Shown here piece by piece: positions 1 to 8,658 of a stretch of DNA of 64,000 nt. The stretch spans positions 2,090 through 66,089 of the forward strand of contig CAYFYO010000001.1 of NCBI GenBank assembly GCA_964347335.1. Direction: 5' to 3'. Positions within the stretch are counted from its first letter, which is position 1; every line of letters begins with the position of its first letter. The translations under genes were made by a program, and so were the position numbers. This DNA is from an uncultured Thermodesulfobacteriota bacterium. Lineage in GTDB: Bacteria > Desulfobacterota > BSN033 > WVXP01. The notes below the pieces were generated by a model, which was given only the letters and a program-made list of their open reading frames with translations, had not been told where the DNA came from and made no database searches.

Positions 1-2
1 CC

Positions 3-473
3 ATGGTGGATGACCGAGATGCGACGAAGGATTTGGACATCAAACAGGTGTTCAAGGATCTTCCGACCCGATTTCGCAGGCCCGGTGGTCGGGACGGGCA
101 GATCCTGACTGCATCTTCGGCCGCGACAACTATCCTTGCCATGGCCGATGAGACGGGGGATTTTATGCACGCTCCAGGTCCTTCAGGGCTGCCAGGAGGA
201 TACCCTGTCCGAGTTGACGGTGGAGGCGGAAGAGTTGTTCTCCCAACGGATCTGTCCCTTGAGGCGGCCATTCAGATCAACGAAGAGGGACAGCGATACG
301 ATGGCATTGATCGCATCGATGGAGATGGGACGACTTATTTTACCGAACAGGCTGTCGCGATCATGAGGGAGGTGGTCGGCTATGAGTGCAAAGTCATGAG
401 ACTCGAAGAAACGGAAGAACGAGCGAAGGAATTGGATGCGAAATTCAAGGAACTCGCGGGAAAATATCGCTAA
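3..473 (+). CDS. hypothetical protein, probably 5'-truncated at the window edge
   Basis: The ORF is in frame from the first full codon of the window. It has a Gly-rich middle (GGYPVRVDGGGGRVV) and an acidic/Lys-rich C-terminus. I recognise no catalytic motif. Confidence 0.35.
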   Translation: MVDDRDATKDLDIKQVFKDLPTRFRRPGGRDGQILTASSAATTILAMADETGDFMHAPGPSGLPGGYPVRVDGGGGRVVLPTDLSLEAAIQINEEGQRYDGIDRIDGDGTTYFTEQAVAIMREVVGYECKVMRLEETEERAKELDAKFKELAGKYR

Positions 474-868
474 CCGTCTTCCAAAGAGCACATCATTCCC
501 TCCTATCGCGTCCCAAAAGCATTCTATGACATTCACACCAAAACTGATCGCACCTATCGAGGGGTCAGAATCTAAAACCCGAAGCACGGGCGAAGCGTCC
601 CGCGACGGACCAATTCGAAATCCGAAAGAATATCAAATTTCAAATTCTCCAATTTTGAAGACGTTTTGGTCATTTGACATTCGGATTTGTTTTCCGCCTC
701 AGGCGGAATATTCGAATTTCGGATTTAAGATGTTGGTTCTCAGGACACCATGGGATCGGGTAGATTGTGCAACCTATTACTGAGATACGACACGAGCCTG
801 GATTGTTCACGAATCCTCAAGACCGTGAATGATCCGGTGTGACCGAGGCCATAACCGAGGTTTTGGCA

Positions 869-1786
869 CTACTTTACGGGGAAAAGCCACTTTTTGAATC
901 GTGAGTTCTTTCCAGAGCAGATCTCGTCGAATAGGGCCGCCAGTTTTTTCGTGATCCGCCCAGGTGTTCTCGGAATCGTCCTGTTCTCAATTTTTCTGAC
1001 GGGTACGATCTTCTCAGGAGAACAGCAAACCATGATCTCATCGGCCTCCATGAGGGCTTCGGGTTTCACCCGCTTTTCAGCGGTCTTGATCTTGATCCGA
1101 TCGGCCGCTTCCAGAATGGACTTCCGCGTTACGCCCTGCAGAACAGTTCCAAGTGCGGGCGTTGTGAGTATCCCCTTGTGGACAAAAAAGACGGATTGAA
1201 TGCTCCCCTCGGCAACGAAACCCTCGGTGTCGACCATGATGCCCACGTCAAAGCCCCGGTCTCTCGCTTCCTGTCCTGCCATCATTCCATTGAGGTAGTT
1301 AGCCGCAACCTTGGCCTCGACGGGCACGGTTTCTGGATGGAGCTTTTTCCATTTACAGATGCAGGCCGAAACGCCTTCTGTTCGTGAGAGAGAGAGTCCC
1401 CCGAGGTCGAGGGCAGGATCAATGGCCACAATGCAGATGTCAAGCGTCTCCTGGGGAGAGAGGATCTCAAAGGCAATGTCGTGATAATAGCAGACAAGTT
1501 TCACAATTCCTGCGTTCAAATGGTTGGTCTTCACTGTCGTCAGGACCGCTTCCTGGATAGCCTCCTGGGAGAGGGGGAGGTCCATAGAGAGAAGTTCAGC
1601 CGTCCTGAAGAGGCGAGCGATATGCTCATCGAGCCGAAATACGGCGGTTCCCTTATCTGTCTTATGGAAACTCATTACCTCGAAAATCGCTGAACCGCGG
1701 GCCAGGCTATGGGACATGATGTGGACCGTGGCCTTTTCCCATTCGACGAGTTTTCCATTGAGATAGACCGTCCTATCACTCAGCAT
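869..1786 (-). CDS. ilvE: branched-chain-amino-acid aminotransferase (class IV PLP-dependent aminotransferase)
   Basis: The 305-aa ORF has the overall class IV aminotransferase/BCAT pattern across its full length. It lies convergent with the first ORF. Confidence 0.75.
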   Translation of the reverse strand: MLSDRTVYLNGKLVEWEKATVHIMSHSLARGSAIFEVMSFHKTDKGTAVFRLDEHIARLFRTAELLSMDLPLSQEAIQEAVLTTVKTNHLNAGIVKLVCYYHDIAFEILSPQETLDICIVAIDPALDLGGLSLSRTEGVSACICKWKKLHPETVPVEAKVAANYLNGMMAGQEARDRGFDVGIMVDTEGFVAEGSIQSVFFVHKGILTTPALGTVLQGVTRKSILEAADRIKIKTAEKRVKPEALMEADEIMVCCSPEKIVPVRKIENRTIPRTPGRITKKLAALFDEICSGKNSRFKKWLFPVK

Positions 1787-1966
1787 GAGTTTGTCCTTCT
1801 CGATTGGATTTTTTATCCTACAAGGTTAAATCAATGAAGGAGAAATGTGAAGCCCCCTGGCAAGCGTAGGAGGTTTCAGGATGAAGGGTCTCAGTTCTGA
1901 CCGTGAATTCGGCACCTGGAGCCCCGTCCCGGTCTCGCAGAGGTTCCTGTGGTCACAAAGGAGGGA

Positions 1967-3382
1967 TCACTTGTCTGAGAGCCCGTACTTTTGCATCTTG
2001 TATCGGAGAACTCGTTCGCTGAGTCCGAGGCTCTGGGCAGCTTTGGTCTGAACGCCTCTGTGCTTTTCAAGAGCCTCCAGGATGAGATTCCTTTCGATCT
2101 GTGAAAGTATTGTATTCAGAGACTCCCCCTCGGCCTCAAGATGGAGTCTACCCTCTTTCAACTCTTCCTGAACCTGAAAAGGGAGATCTTGCACGGTGAT
2201 GACATCTCCCCGGCTCACGACTAGGCTTCTTTCGATGATGTTCTCCAGTTCTCGGACGTTTCCTGGGTAGTCATATTGGAGCAATAGGTCCCTTGCCTCT
2301 TTCGAGATTTTCGGTACGGCCCGACGGTTCTTTTCACTGTATTTCTTCAGGAAGTGATCGATCAAAGGAGGGATGTCTTCCCGCCGTTCCCGCAAGGGAG
2401 GCAGAAAAATAGTCACAACGTTGAGTCGGTAGTACAGGTCGTCCCGGAAGGTCTTTTTGTGAAGGGCTTCCTCCAGGTTTCTATTGGTCGCCGTGATAAC
2501 CCTGACGTCGGTCCCTATGGTCTGATTGCTTCCGACTCGCTCGATCTCCTTCTCCTGGAGTACCCTCAGCAGTTTCATCTGAAGGGACGCTGAGAGGTCG
2601 CCGATCTCGTCCAAAAAGATGCTTCCCGTATGGGCTTGTTCGAATCGACCGATTCGTCTTTGAACGGCTCCGGTGAAAGCACCCCGTTCATGACCGAACA
2701 ATTCGCTCTCCAGGAGATTCTCTGGCAGGGCTGTACAATTGACCTTGATGAACGGCCTGCCCGCTCTGGGGCTGGCGTAATGGATCGCATTCGCAATGAG
2801 TTCCTTTCCCGTTCCGCTTTCACCCCGGATGAGAACCGTGGCCTCGCTGTTAGCGGCCCTTCCCGTCAGGTTCAGAACCTCTTCTATTTTTCCACTGGCG
2901 TAAACGATTTGATCGAAATGGTATTTCTCGCGGAGTCTTTCTTTCAGCTCACGGTTCTCGCGCTGGAGAAGAATGCTTTCAGATACTCTCTCGATGAGAA
3001 AGAGGAGCTCGTCCAGATCGATCGGCTTTGTGAGGTAATCTGCCGCGCCTACTTTCATTGATTGGACCGCCGTTTCGATAGTTCCGTAGGCGGTCATCAT
3101 GACCACCGTCAGCTCAGGATTGACCTTTCGGAGTTCACGGAGGGTTTGGAGGCCGTCCATATGGGGCATCTTGTAGTCTAGGAAAACAAGATCAACAACC
3201 TGACGTCGAACTGCGTCCAAGGCCTTTTTTCCACTTTCGACAGATGAAACGGAAAAACCCTGCTGAACGAGAAAGCCTTCCAGCATTTCCCGTTGCGTCT
3301 TTTCGTCTTCCACGATCAATACTTTCAAATCCTTCGCAGCCATGGCATGCCTATCATGAGATTTGTCGTAGAACCCGATCAT
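1967..3382 (-). CDS. zraR: sigma-54-dependent response regulator, NtrC/ZraR family
   Basis: It has an N-terminal receiver (DLKVLIVEDE...D...K), an AAA+ sigma-54 activator core (GESGTGKE, ESELFGHERGAFTGA, GAFTGA) and a C-terminal Fis-type HTH. The long start overlaps the kinase stop as ATGA. An alternative start MAAKDL lies at 3343. Confidence 0.9.
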   Translation of the reverse strand: MIGFYDKSHDRHAMAAKDLKVLIVEDEKTQREMLEGFLVQQGFSVSSVESGKKALDAVRRQVVDLVFLDYKMPHMDGLQTLRELRKVNPELTVVMMTAYGTIETAVQSMKVGAADYLTKPIDLDELLFLIERVSESILLQRENRELKERLREKYHFDQIVYASGKIEEVLNLTGRAANSEATVLIRGESGTGKELIANAIHYASPRAGRPFIKVNCTALPENLLESELFGHERGAFTGAVQRRIGRFEQAHTGSIFLDEIGDLSASLQMKLLRVLQEKEIERVGSNQTIGTDVRVITATNRNLEEALHKKTFRDDLYYRLNVVTIFLPPLRERREDIPPLIDHFLKKYSEKNRRAVPKISKEARDLLLQYDYPGNVRELENIIERSLVVSRGDVITVQDLPFQVQEELKEGRLHLEAEGESLNTILSQIERNLILEALEKHRGVQTKAAQSLGLSERVLRYKMQKYGLSDK

Positions 3383-5118
3383 TCGGGTCCTTTAACCGGG
3401 AGGAGGATGGACACGGTGGTCCCCTCTTCCACTCGACTTTCGATGTTGATACTTCCTCCGTGTTCCTCAATGATTTTACGCGCAATGGGAAGGCCCAATC
3501 CAAGACCTTTTTCTCGCGTCGTGTAGGAGTAGTCGAAGACTTTCTCGATCTTCTCCTTGGGGATGCCCTTCCCGGTATCGGAGACTGTGACCCTTACCCA
3601 GTCTTTTCTCGCTATTTCAGCTTTTACTTTCAGATTTCCCCCAGACTCCATGGCGTGAACGCCATTGGTCACGATGTTGATGAGCGCCTGAGTGATTTTT
3701 CCTTTATCCATGCCGAGAGACGGTAGTTTCGGATCTACCTCATTGTGCATCACAATGGATCTTGCCTTGAACTCTTCGCCAAAAAGGACGGAAATGTTGT
3801 CGAGAATCTCAGCAAGAGAGATGGGGGTGAGCGTCAGTTTGTAAGGTCTAGAAAAGAGAACAAACTGGTCGACAATCTGGTTTAGCCTGTTGATCTCCTC
3901 ACGCATGACCCCCATGAAGCGACCATACTCCTCCACGCGGGCCTTTTCGCGAGGGACAAACTCCCTTTGGAGCCGTTGAATGGCCATTGCAATTGCATTG
4001 AGGGGATTCCGGATTTCATGAGCAAGGCCTGCGCCGAGTTTTCCGATGGCGAGGTGTCTTTCAGCAGCCTGAGCTCTGATTTCCATCTCCCTAAGTCTTC
4101 TGAAGTGTCGGGTTTGATTGACGTGGATCAGGGTCACCCCGGCGATGCTGAGGGCCAGAAGCACCGCCACGGTTAAGACGACATTTCGCTTCGAGAGGGA
4201 GAGAACCTTCTGGATCTCCAAGGTGGACAGGCCAACCTGGATCATACCGTATGGGTTTTCGTCGAGGTGGAGGGTTTTTGCAACTTCGAACACCTCTTGC
4301 TTATTCGGCATCACCCGGAAACGAGATTCGATTCTGCTTCCCTCCAAAACCGATTGAAGAGAGGGCGGTCCCAGGATTTCGTCCATTTCCCCGCTCCCTA
4401 TTTGGGCGACCCGAGACAGGGAGCGGTCGAAAACCGATAGATAAAGAATCCCCTCCCCGAAACCCATGGTTTCAAGAACATTCTGGATGGCGAATTTACG
4501 CCTGAGATTCTTCATTTGATGGTAATCGACACTCACGGCGATGATCCCCTTCGCGGCAGCTCTTCGTATGGCAACCAGGAAGAGATCTTCCTCCTCCGGC
4601 AGAGGGCTCTTGAACGGGATGATCACCATGTTTTGTGTGCCTTCTACAAGGGGGAGGTAGTAGTTAAGGCGCTTTTCAGAGATCTGAGATGGTAAAAGTT
4701 CGCTCAGGATTTCGATCTTTTTGATTCCATTCCGCTGGGCGGTGTCTTTCAACTCCGGTTGCGACACTGTCTGGTCAGCGTCAGTTTGGTCTAACGTTAT
4801 TGCAATTTCCAGAAGATAATCCACAATGGCGTCTTCCAGGGCGAAGAAGCTCCTGGAAGAGGAGATGTTGAGCAGATGGGCTCCTGGAACACCCTCCATG
4901 ACCTCTATGACGGAGACCGAGTTCTGGATTTCCCTCTCGAGTCCTCGGAGAAGGTTCGCCCCCTGATTCTCCAGGATAGCTTTCAGGCTCTCTCGGGTCC
5001 GATTGAGCTCGAAAAAGCCATTCACGATCAGAATGATGATGATGAGACAGCAGAGAAGGGTGAGGTGGAGAGGACCTATAGAAGATCCATAACGACCAGA
5101 TTTTGTCTCTTTTGCCAT
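3379..5118 (-). CDS. zraS: sensor histidine kinase with periplasmic sensing domain, ZraS/NtrB-like
   Basis: Two TM segments flank a ~300-aa periplasmic region. The H-box is HEIRNPLNAIAMAIQRL and the HATPase_c N/G boxes (NGVHAME..DTGKGIP..GLGLGLPIAR) follow. It is ATGA-coupled to the response regulator. Confidence 0.85.
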   Translation of the reverse strand: MAKETKSGRYGSSIGPLHLTLLCCLIIIILIVNGFFELNRTRESLKAILENQGANLLRGLEREIQNSVSVIEVMEGVPGAHLLNISSSRSFFALEDAIVDYLLEIAITLDQTDADQTVSQPELKDTAQRNGIKKIEILSELLPSQISEKRLNYYLPLVEGTQNMVIIPFKSPLPEEEDLFLVAIRRAAAKGIIAVSVDYHQMKNLRRKFAIQNVLETMGFGEGILYLSVFDRSLSRVAQIGSGEMDEILGPPSLQSVLEGSRIESRFRVMPNKQEVFEVAKTLHLDENPYGMIQVGLSTLEIQKVLSLSKRNVVLTVAVLLALSIAGVTLIHVNQTRHFRRLREMEIRAQAAERHLAIGKLGAGLAHEIRNPLNAIAMAIQRLQREFVPREKARVEEYGRFMGVMREEINRLNQIVDQFVLFSRPYKLTLTPISLAEILDNISVLFGEEFKARSIVMHNEVDPKLPSLGMDKGKITQALINIVTNGVHAMESGGNLKVKAEIARKDWVRVTVSDTGKGIPKEKIEKVFDYSYTTREKGLGLGLPIARKIIEEHGGSINIESRVEEGTTVSILLPVKGPE

Positions 5119-5140
5119 CCTTCGTGTCGGTCAGCGGTGT

Positions 5141-5665
5141 TTATTCACGCTTGTCTTTCATTCTGGGTCTGTCGTTCATCGGACCCCGCCTGCGTCCGCG
5201 ATGCATGGGTTCCATTCCGGGCCCGTGGTGGATCCCATGATGGGAGGGCATTCCATGCCTGGATACCCAGAGTTCGAACTGTTGGGGAGTCAGAATGTCC
5301 CTCACCTGGAGCTGGTAGTCGAGGACCCGTTCTTGGATTCGGCTCTCCAAGGCAAAGACTTCTTGTTGCTTTGATCTGATTTCAGATGCCTTAGATTGGG
5401 AGTTGGATAGAAGCCTTCTCAGTTCATATCGCTTGCTGAGGAGCTTGTTTCTGAGAACGGTCATATCCCTCAAGTAATGATCCTGAGTGGATTCCATCTG
5501 TTCTATTTGCTTCTCTGTGAGATGAAGGTGTTCGGGAAGGAGAGATCGAGGTTCCCCTGGGCTTCTCCGCTCCGGGATAAGCGGTTGAACCCATTGAGCC
5601 CATCCGGAAGAACCTGCGAGGACACAAAAAGAGACCAAAAGGAGAATAGCCGCCCCGATTCTCAT
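5141..5665 (-). CDS. periplasmic Spy/CpxP/ZraP-family protein with His-rich C-terminus
   Basis: It has a signal peptide (MRIGAAILLLVSFCVLAGSSGWA) and two LTxxQ motifs (LTEKQIEQM, LTPQQFELW). The C-terminal tail is His/Met/Gly-rich (HGMPSHHGIHHGPGMEPMH). Confidence 0.75.
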   Translation of the reverse strand: MRIGAAILLLVSFCVLAGSSGWAQWVQPLIPERRSPGEPRSLLPEHLHLTEKQIEQMESTQDHYLRDMTVLRNKLLSKRYELRRLLSNSQSKASEIRSKQQEVFALESRIQERVLDYQLQVRDILTPQQFELWVSRHGMPSHHGIHHGPGMEPMHRGRRRGPMNDRPRMKDKRE

Positions 5666-5768
5666 GTATTCGCCTTACACAGCTTGATTACCCCAATTCG
5701 TGTAGAAAATCAATAGGCATGGGATCGGAGCGAATCTCCCGAGTTCAATCCCATGCCTTTCTTCTAAA

Positions 5769-6293
5769 CTACCAGCAATAACCGCCTCTATAGCCTCTCA
5801 TATGACCGGAACCAGGGTCCCCCATATGTCCCCATCCATGTCGGGGACCGTGCCCCATGCCATAGCCGTAACCCATGTGATGGCCAGAGCCCATTGGTCC
5901 GTTGCCAAAATACCCTTCAGGAAGAACCTCCCGCATAGCCAGTCTGTGCTCAAGGGCTTTCTCCTCGAGCTTCTGTCGGATCCCGGTGATCTCTCTCTGT
6001 TTTGCTTTGATCGTTTCGGGGTCGCTCTTGGGATCGACCCAAAGGCCCTGCAATTCGAGCCGCTTCTGATAGAGTTCCCGGCGGAGTTCAATGGTATCCT
6101 CGTAGAACCTCTGCTCCTGGGCCTGGATTTTCTCCTGTTGTTCCGGCGAAAGATCCGAGGGATACCCATAGGCGGCACCAGGGAATCCATAGCCCTTCTT
6201 CCCCCATGGTTCATGGGCGAAGGCTAAGCCGCTCATGAGCATAAGCGCCGTTATCACGGCGACAGTTGAGATGGTGCGTTGCGTTTTTCTCAT
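5769..6293 (-). CDS. zraP: periplasmic zinc-resistance-associated protein ZraP-like
   Basis: The start at MRKTQRT is preceded by a perfect SD (AAGGAGGT-6nt-ATG). It has a signal peptide, an LSPEQQEKI (LTxxQ-type) motif and a Gly/His/Met-rich C-terminus (GHHMGYGYGMGHGPRHGWGHMG) like E. coli ZraP. Confidence 0.8.
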   Translation of the reverse strand: MRKTQRTISTVAVITALMLMSGLAFAHEPWGKKGYGFPGAAYGYPSDLSPEQQEKIQAQEQRFYEDTIELRRELYQKRLELQGLWVDPKSDPETIKAKQREITGIRQKLEEKALEHRLAMREVLPEGYFGNGPMGSGHHMGYGYGMGHGPRHGWGHMGDPGSGHMRGYRGGYCW

Positions 6294-6343
6294 CGTCCGA
6301 CCTCCTTGGTGAGTTTGGATTGTCTTGCTAGTCAATTCAAAAT

Positions 6344-6359
6344 CGCAAGGGCCATGCCA
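6344..6359 (-). promoter_or_regulatory. sigma-54 (-24/-12) promoter for the zraP-like operon
   Basis: The minus strand reads TGGCAT-GGCCC-TTGCG, matching the TGGCAC-N5-TTGCW consensus with GG and GC spaced correctly. It sits about 40 nt upstream of the zraP-like start codon, and a sigma-54 activator is encoded in the same operon. Confidence 0.5.
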
Positions 6360-6646
6360 AGGTGAAGTATTATTTGTAAGTAACCGATATTAAATAATTA
6401 TTACGATCTATTCATTGAAATACTTCGGCCTTGAAGACTCGCGATTCGACAAAATTGTCGAGTTTGACTCAGTGCCTCGGCATACTTTCTCTATCTCTTG
6501 CAATAGCTTACGAGCATTCGACAGATCTAGACCGTTCTCGACATTCTCGTCGAACTCGAGCCGAAAAGGTTCCGAAGAAGTCCCTATTGATTTTTTGGGG
6601 CGTCTGGCGTACAAGAATTTAACCGAACAGGAAATGAGGAGGCCCT

Positions 6647-7678
6647 ATGAAAGCTGTGGAATTCAAAGCCATCAAAAAGGAAACCCTCATTCTCGATCCC
6701 AAGCAGAATATGGCTCCCAAGGCGATTCCGAGTGAGATCCGCAAGGACCCCCTGACCGGGCGGAATGCGAGAATTTGTCATTTCATGGCCCTCAACTGGG
6801 AAAAGCCTGACTTCAACAAACTCGTGAGTGGAACCGAGGCGTGGTGTCCATTCTGCCCGGACAAGGTGCTGAAGGTGACCCCCTTCTTTCCAGAGGAGAT
6901 CCTGCCCGAAGGGAGGCTTATGTCGGATGACATGGTTCTCTTTCCCAATATTGCTCCTTATGACAGCCTTGGTGCTGTGGCGACGATGGGCAAGCGTCAT
7001 TTCATCCCGATGACCGAGATCAGACCAGAGCTGATTGCGAAAGCGTTTCGCCTCGCTATGGAGTTCTTCCGGAAGATCCATGACAAGGGGAATCCAGAGT
7101 CGGTCTATCATTTGATTAATTGGAACTACATGCCACCTGCGGGGAGTTCGCTGATTCATGCCCACTTGCAGGTGTTTGCTTGTTCGATCGCACCCAATCT
7201 CATGCGGGAGGAATTGGAGGCAGCCAGAGCGTACATGAAGCTGAACGGGACCAATTACTGGGATGACCTGATAGAAATAGAAACGGCCGAGGCGGAACGA
7301 TACCTTGGGAAGATCGGTCGCACCAACTGGCTGACGGTTTACGCCCCCATGGGAGTTGCCGGAGATGTCCTTGCCATCGTGGATGGCATTCGATCCACGC
7401 TTGAGCTCACGAACGAGGACCTTTCTGACCTATCCCTGGGCCTCACCAAAGCCATGGCCGCCTATGACAAGATGGGGATTTATAGCTTCAATATGAACTT
7501 CTTTACGGGCCGAGAAGGGGATGACCACGCTCGGGTGCATCTGCTCTTTTCCCCAAGGACATTTTTCAACCAGGCCCTCGGAGCCACAGACATCGGCGCC
7601 ATCAGAAACCTCTACAATGAGCCCATTTGCATGGCCTTTCCCGAAGAGATCAATGGGATGTTGAAGACAGAATTTTGA
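6647..7678 (+). CDS. GalT-like HIT-superfamily nucleotidyltransferase (galactose-1-phosphate uridylyltransferase family)
   Basis: It has the HIT-like HAHLQV motif and a CPFCPD Cys pair resembling the Zn-binding site of GalT. It is divergent from the zraP operon. Confidence 0.55.
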   Translation: MKAVEFKAIKKETLILDPKQNMAPKAIPSEIRKDPLTGRNARICHFMALNWEKPDFNKLVSGTEAWCPFCPDKVLKVTPFFPEEILPEGRLMSDDMVLFPNIAPYDSLGAVATMGKRHFIPMTEIRPELIAKAFRLAMEFFRKIHDKGNPESVYHLINWNYMPPAGSSLIHAHLQVFACSIAPNLMREELEAARAYMKLNGTNYWDDLIEIETAEAERYLGKIGRTNWLTVYAPMGVAGDVLAIVDGIRSTLELTNEDLSDLSLGLTKAMAAYDKMGIYSFNMNFFTGREGDDHARVHLLFSPRTFFNQALGATDIGAIRNLYNEPICMAFPEEINGMLKTEF

Positions 7679-7896
7679 AGGACCCAGAAGGAGTTAGCAA
7701 TCAGAATAAAGGTGGAGCGAACACGTATTCCTCAGGAGGTAATTCCCCAGGAGATAATATGGCGATTGGTCTTTTCCTACGATGGAGATAGGCTATGATG
7801 AACTTCGTTCACGAGGCCTCGGATGGGGTGCCTTGGCTTCGTTCGTGATCTATTCTGAATTCTGACTCCTGACTTCTGAATTCAAAGGAACCTAGA

Positions 7897-7986
7897 GTGG
7901 ATGGAATTTTTTTATTGATTTTAGTTATTGCCGGGTGGTTTGTCCTAAACCGCTACGTCCTTCCGAAACTCGGAGTCCATACCTGA
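7897..7986 (+). CDS. putative 29-aa single-TM membrane peptide (GTG start)
   Basis: An AAAGGA Shine-Dalgarno lies 7 nt upstream of the GTG. The translation MDGIFLLILVIAGWFVLNRYVLPKLGVHT is one hydrophobic helix. The ORF is below the track size cut-off. Confidence 0.25.
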   Translation: MDGIFLLILVIAGWFVLNRYVLPKLGVHT

Positions 7987-8025
7987 CTCTCCTCCTCCTG
8001 TCGTGTCGAGGATCGATCCGAGAAT

Positions 8026-8658
8026 TCAAATGATTCTTGAAAAGAGGATGAAGTTGCCCGCACCGTGGAGGATGAAGGGAGCGAAAAGGCTGCCTGTATA
8101 CTCATAGAGGAGGGCAAAGACCACTCCGCCCACCAGAGGTATAAGAACTCCGGTCGCTGTTCCGGCGCCAAGGAGGTGGCTGGCGGCAAAAATAATAGCG
8201 GAGAAAACGACAGATAACCAAACCCCCCTGTGAGCTCTGATCAAGGTGTAGCAGAGCCCGCGAAAGAAGATCTCTTCGGCAAAAGGGCCGAGAAGACAGA
8301 CCGATAGGAGGGGAAAAAGCCCCCGAATCTTCACTCCTGGGTTCACAAAAGCCCGCAGATCCACTCCCCAGAGCGTTTGTGTTGCGTAGGAAACCAGAAA
8401 AAAACCTGATCCGAGGATTATCGAGACCGCCAGACCGAGGAGTCCGCCCTTAACGAATCCATGCAGACCCACTCCTGACAGAGGAACGGATAGAATTCTG
8501 AAAAGCGCAAAGAACAGAATAATGTCCGCGCATCGAACCATCCCGGTCCAGCTCAGCGGGTGGAAGCCTGCGGCCAAAGGGAGGCCCTGCAGGGAGGCCG
8601 AGACAACCTCGAGAGCAACCAGCGCGGCTGCAGTGACAAGAAATGCCTTCTCCCTCAT
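8026..8658 (-). CDS. CPBP-family (CAAX/Abi) intramembrane metalloprotease
   Basis: It has the EExxxR motif (FAEEIFFRG), conserved His (FAASHLLG...HGAGN) and multiple TM segments. Its start ATG overlaps the stop of the upstream gene as ATGA. Confidence 0.75.
   Translation of the reverse strand: MREKAFLVTAAALVALEVVSASLQGLPLAAGFHPLSWTGMVRCADIILFFALFRILSVPLSGVGLHGFVKGGLLGLAVSIILGSGFFLVSYATQTLWGVDLRAFVNPGVKIRGLFPLLSVCLLGPFAEEIFFRGLCYTLIRAHRGVWLSVVFSAIIFAASHLLGAGTATGVLIPLVGGVVFALLYEYTGSLFAPFILHGAGNFILFSRII

Noticed and set aside
436-783. 115-aa ORF plus TTCGGATTT-type direct/inverted repeats and a CCGCC-TCA-GGCGG hairpin (694-706) in the convergent intergenic region
   Set aside because: It has no SD, its composition is low-complexity, and it sits where two convergent genes terminate. 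The hairpin is more likely a bidirectional terminator than a coding feature.
894-1766. Several plus-strand ORFs (894-1199, 1178-1387, 1481-1693, 1524-1766) inside the BCAT gene
   Set aside because: They are antisense shadow ORFs within a well-supported minus-strand gene.
5798-6227. 138-aa and 141-aa ORFs overlapping the zraP-like gene on both strands
   Set aside because: The Gly/His-rich repeat DNA gives open frames in several phases. The zraP-like frame has the SD, signal peptide and family motifs.
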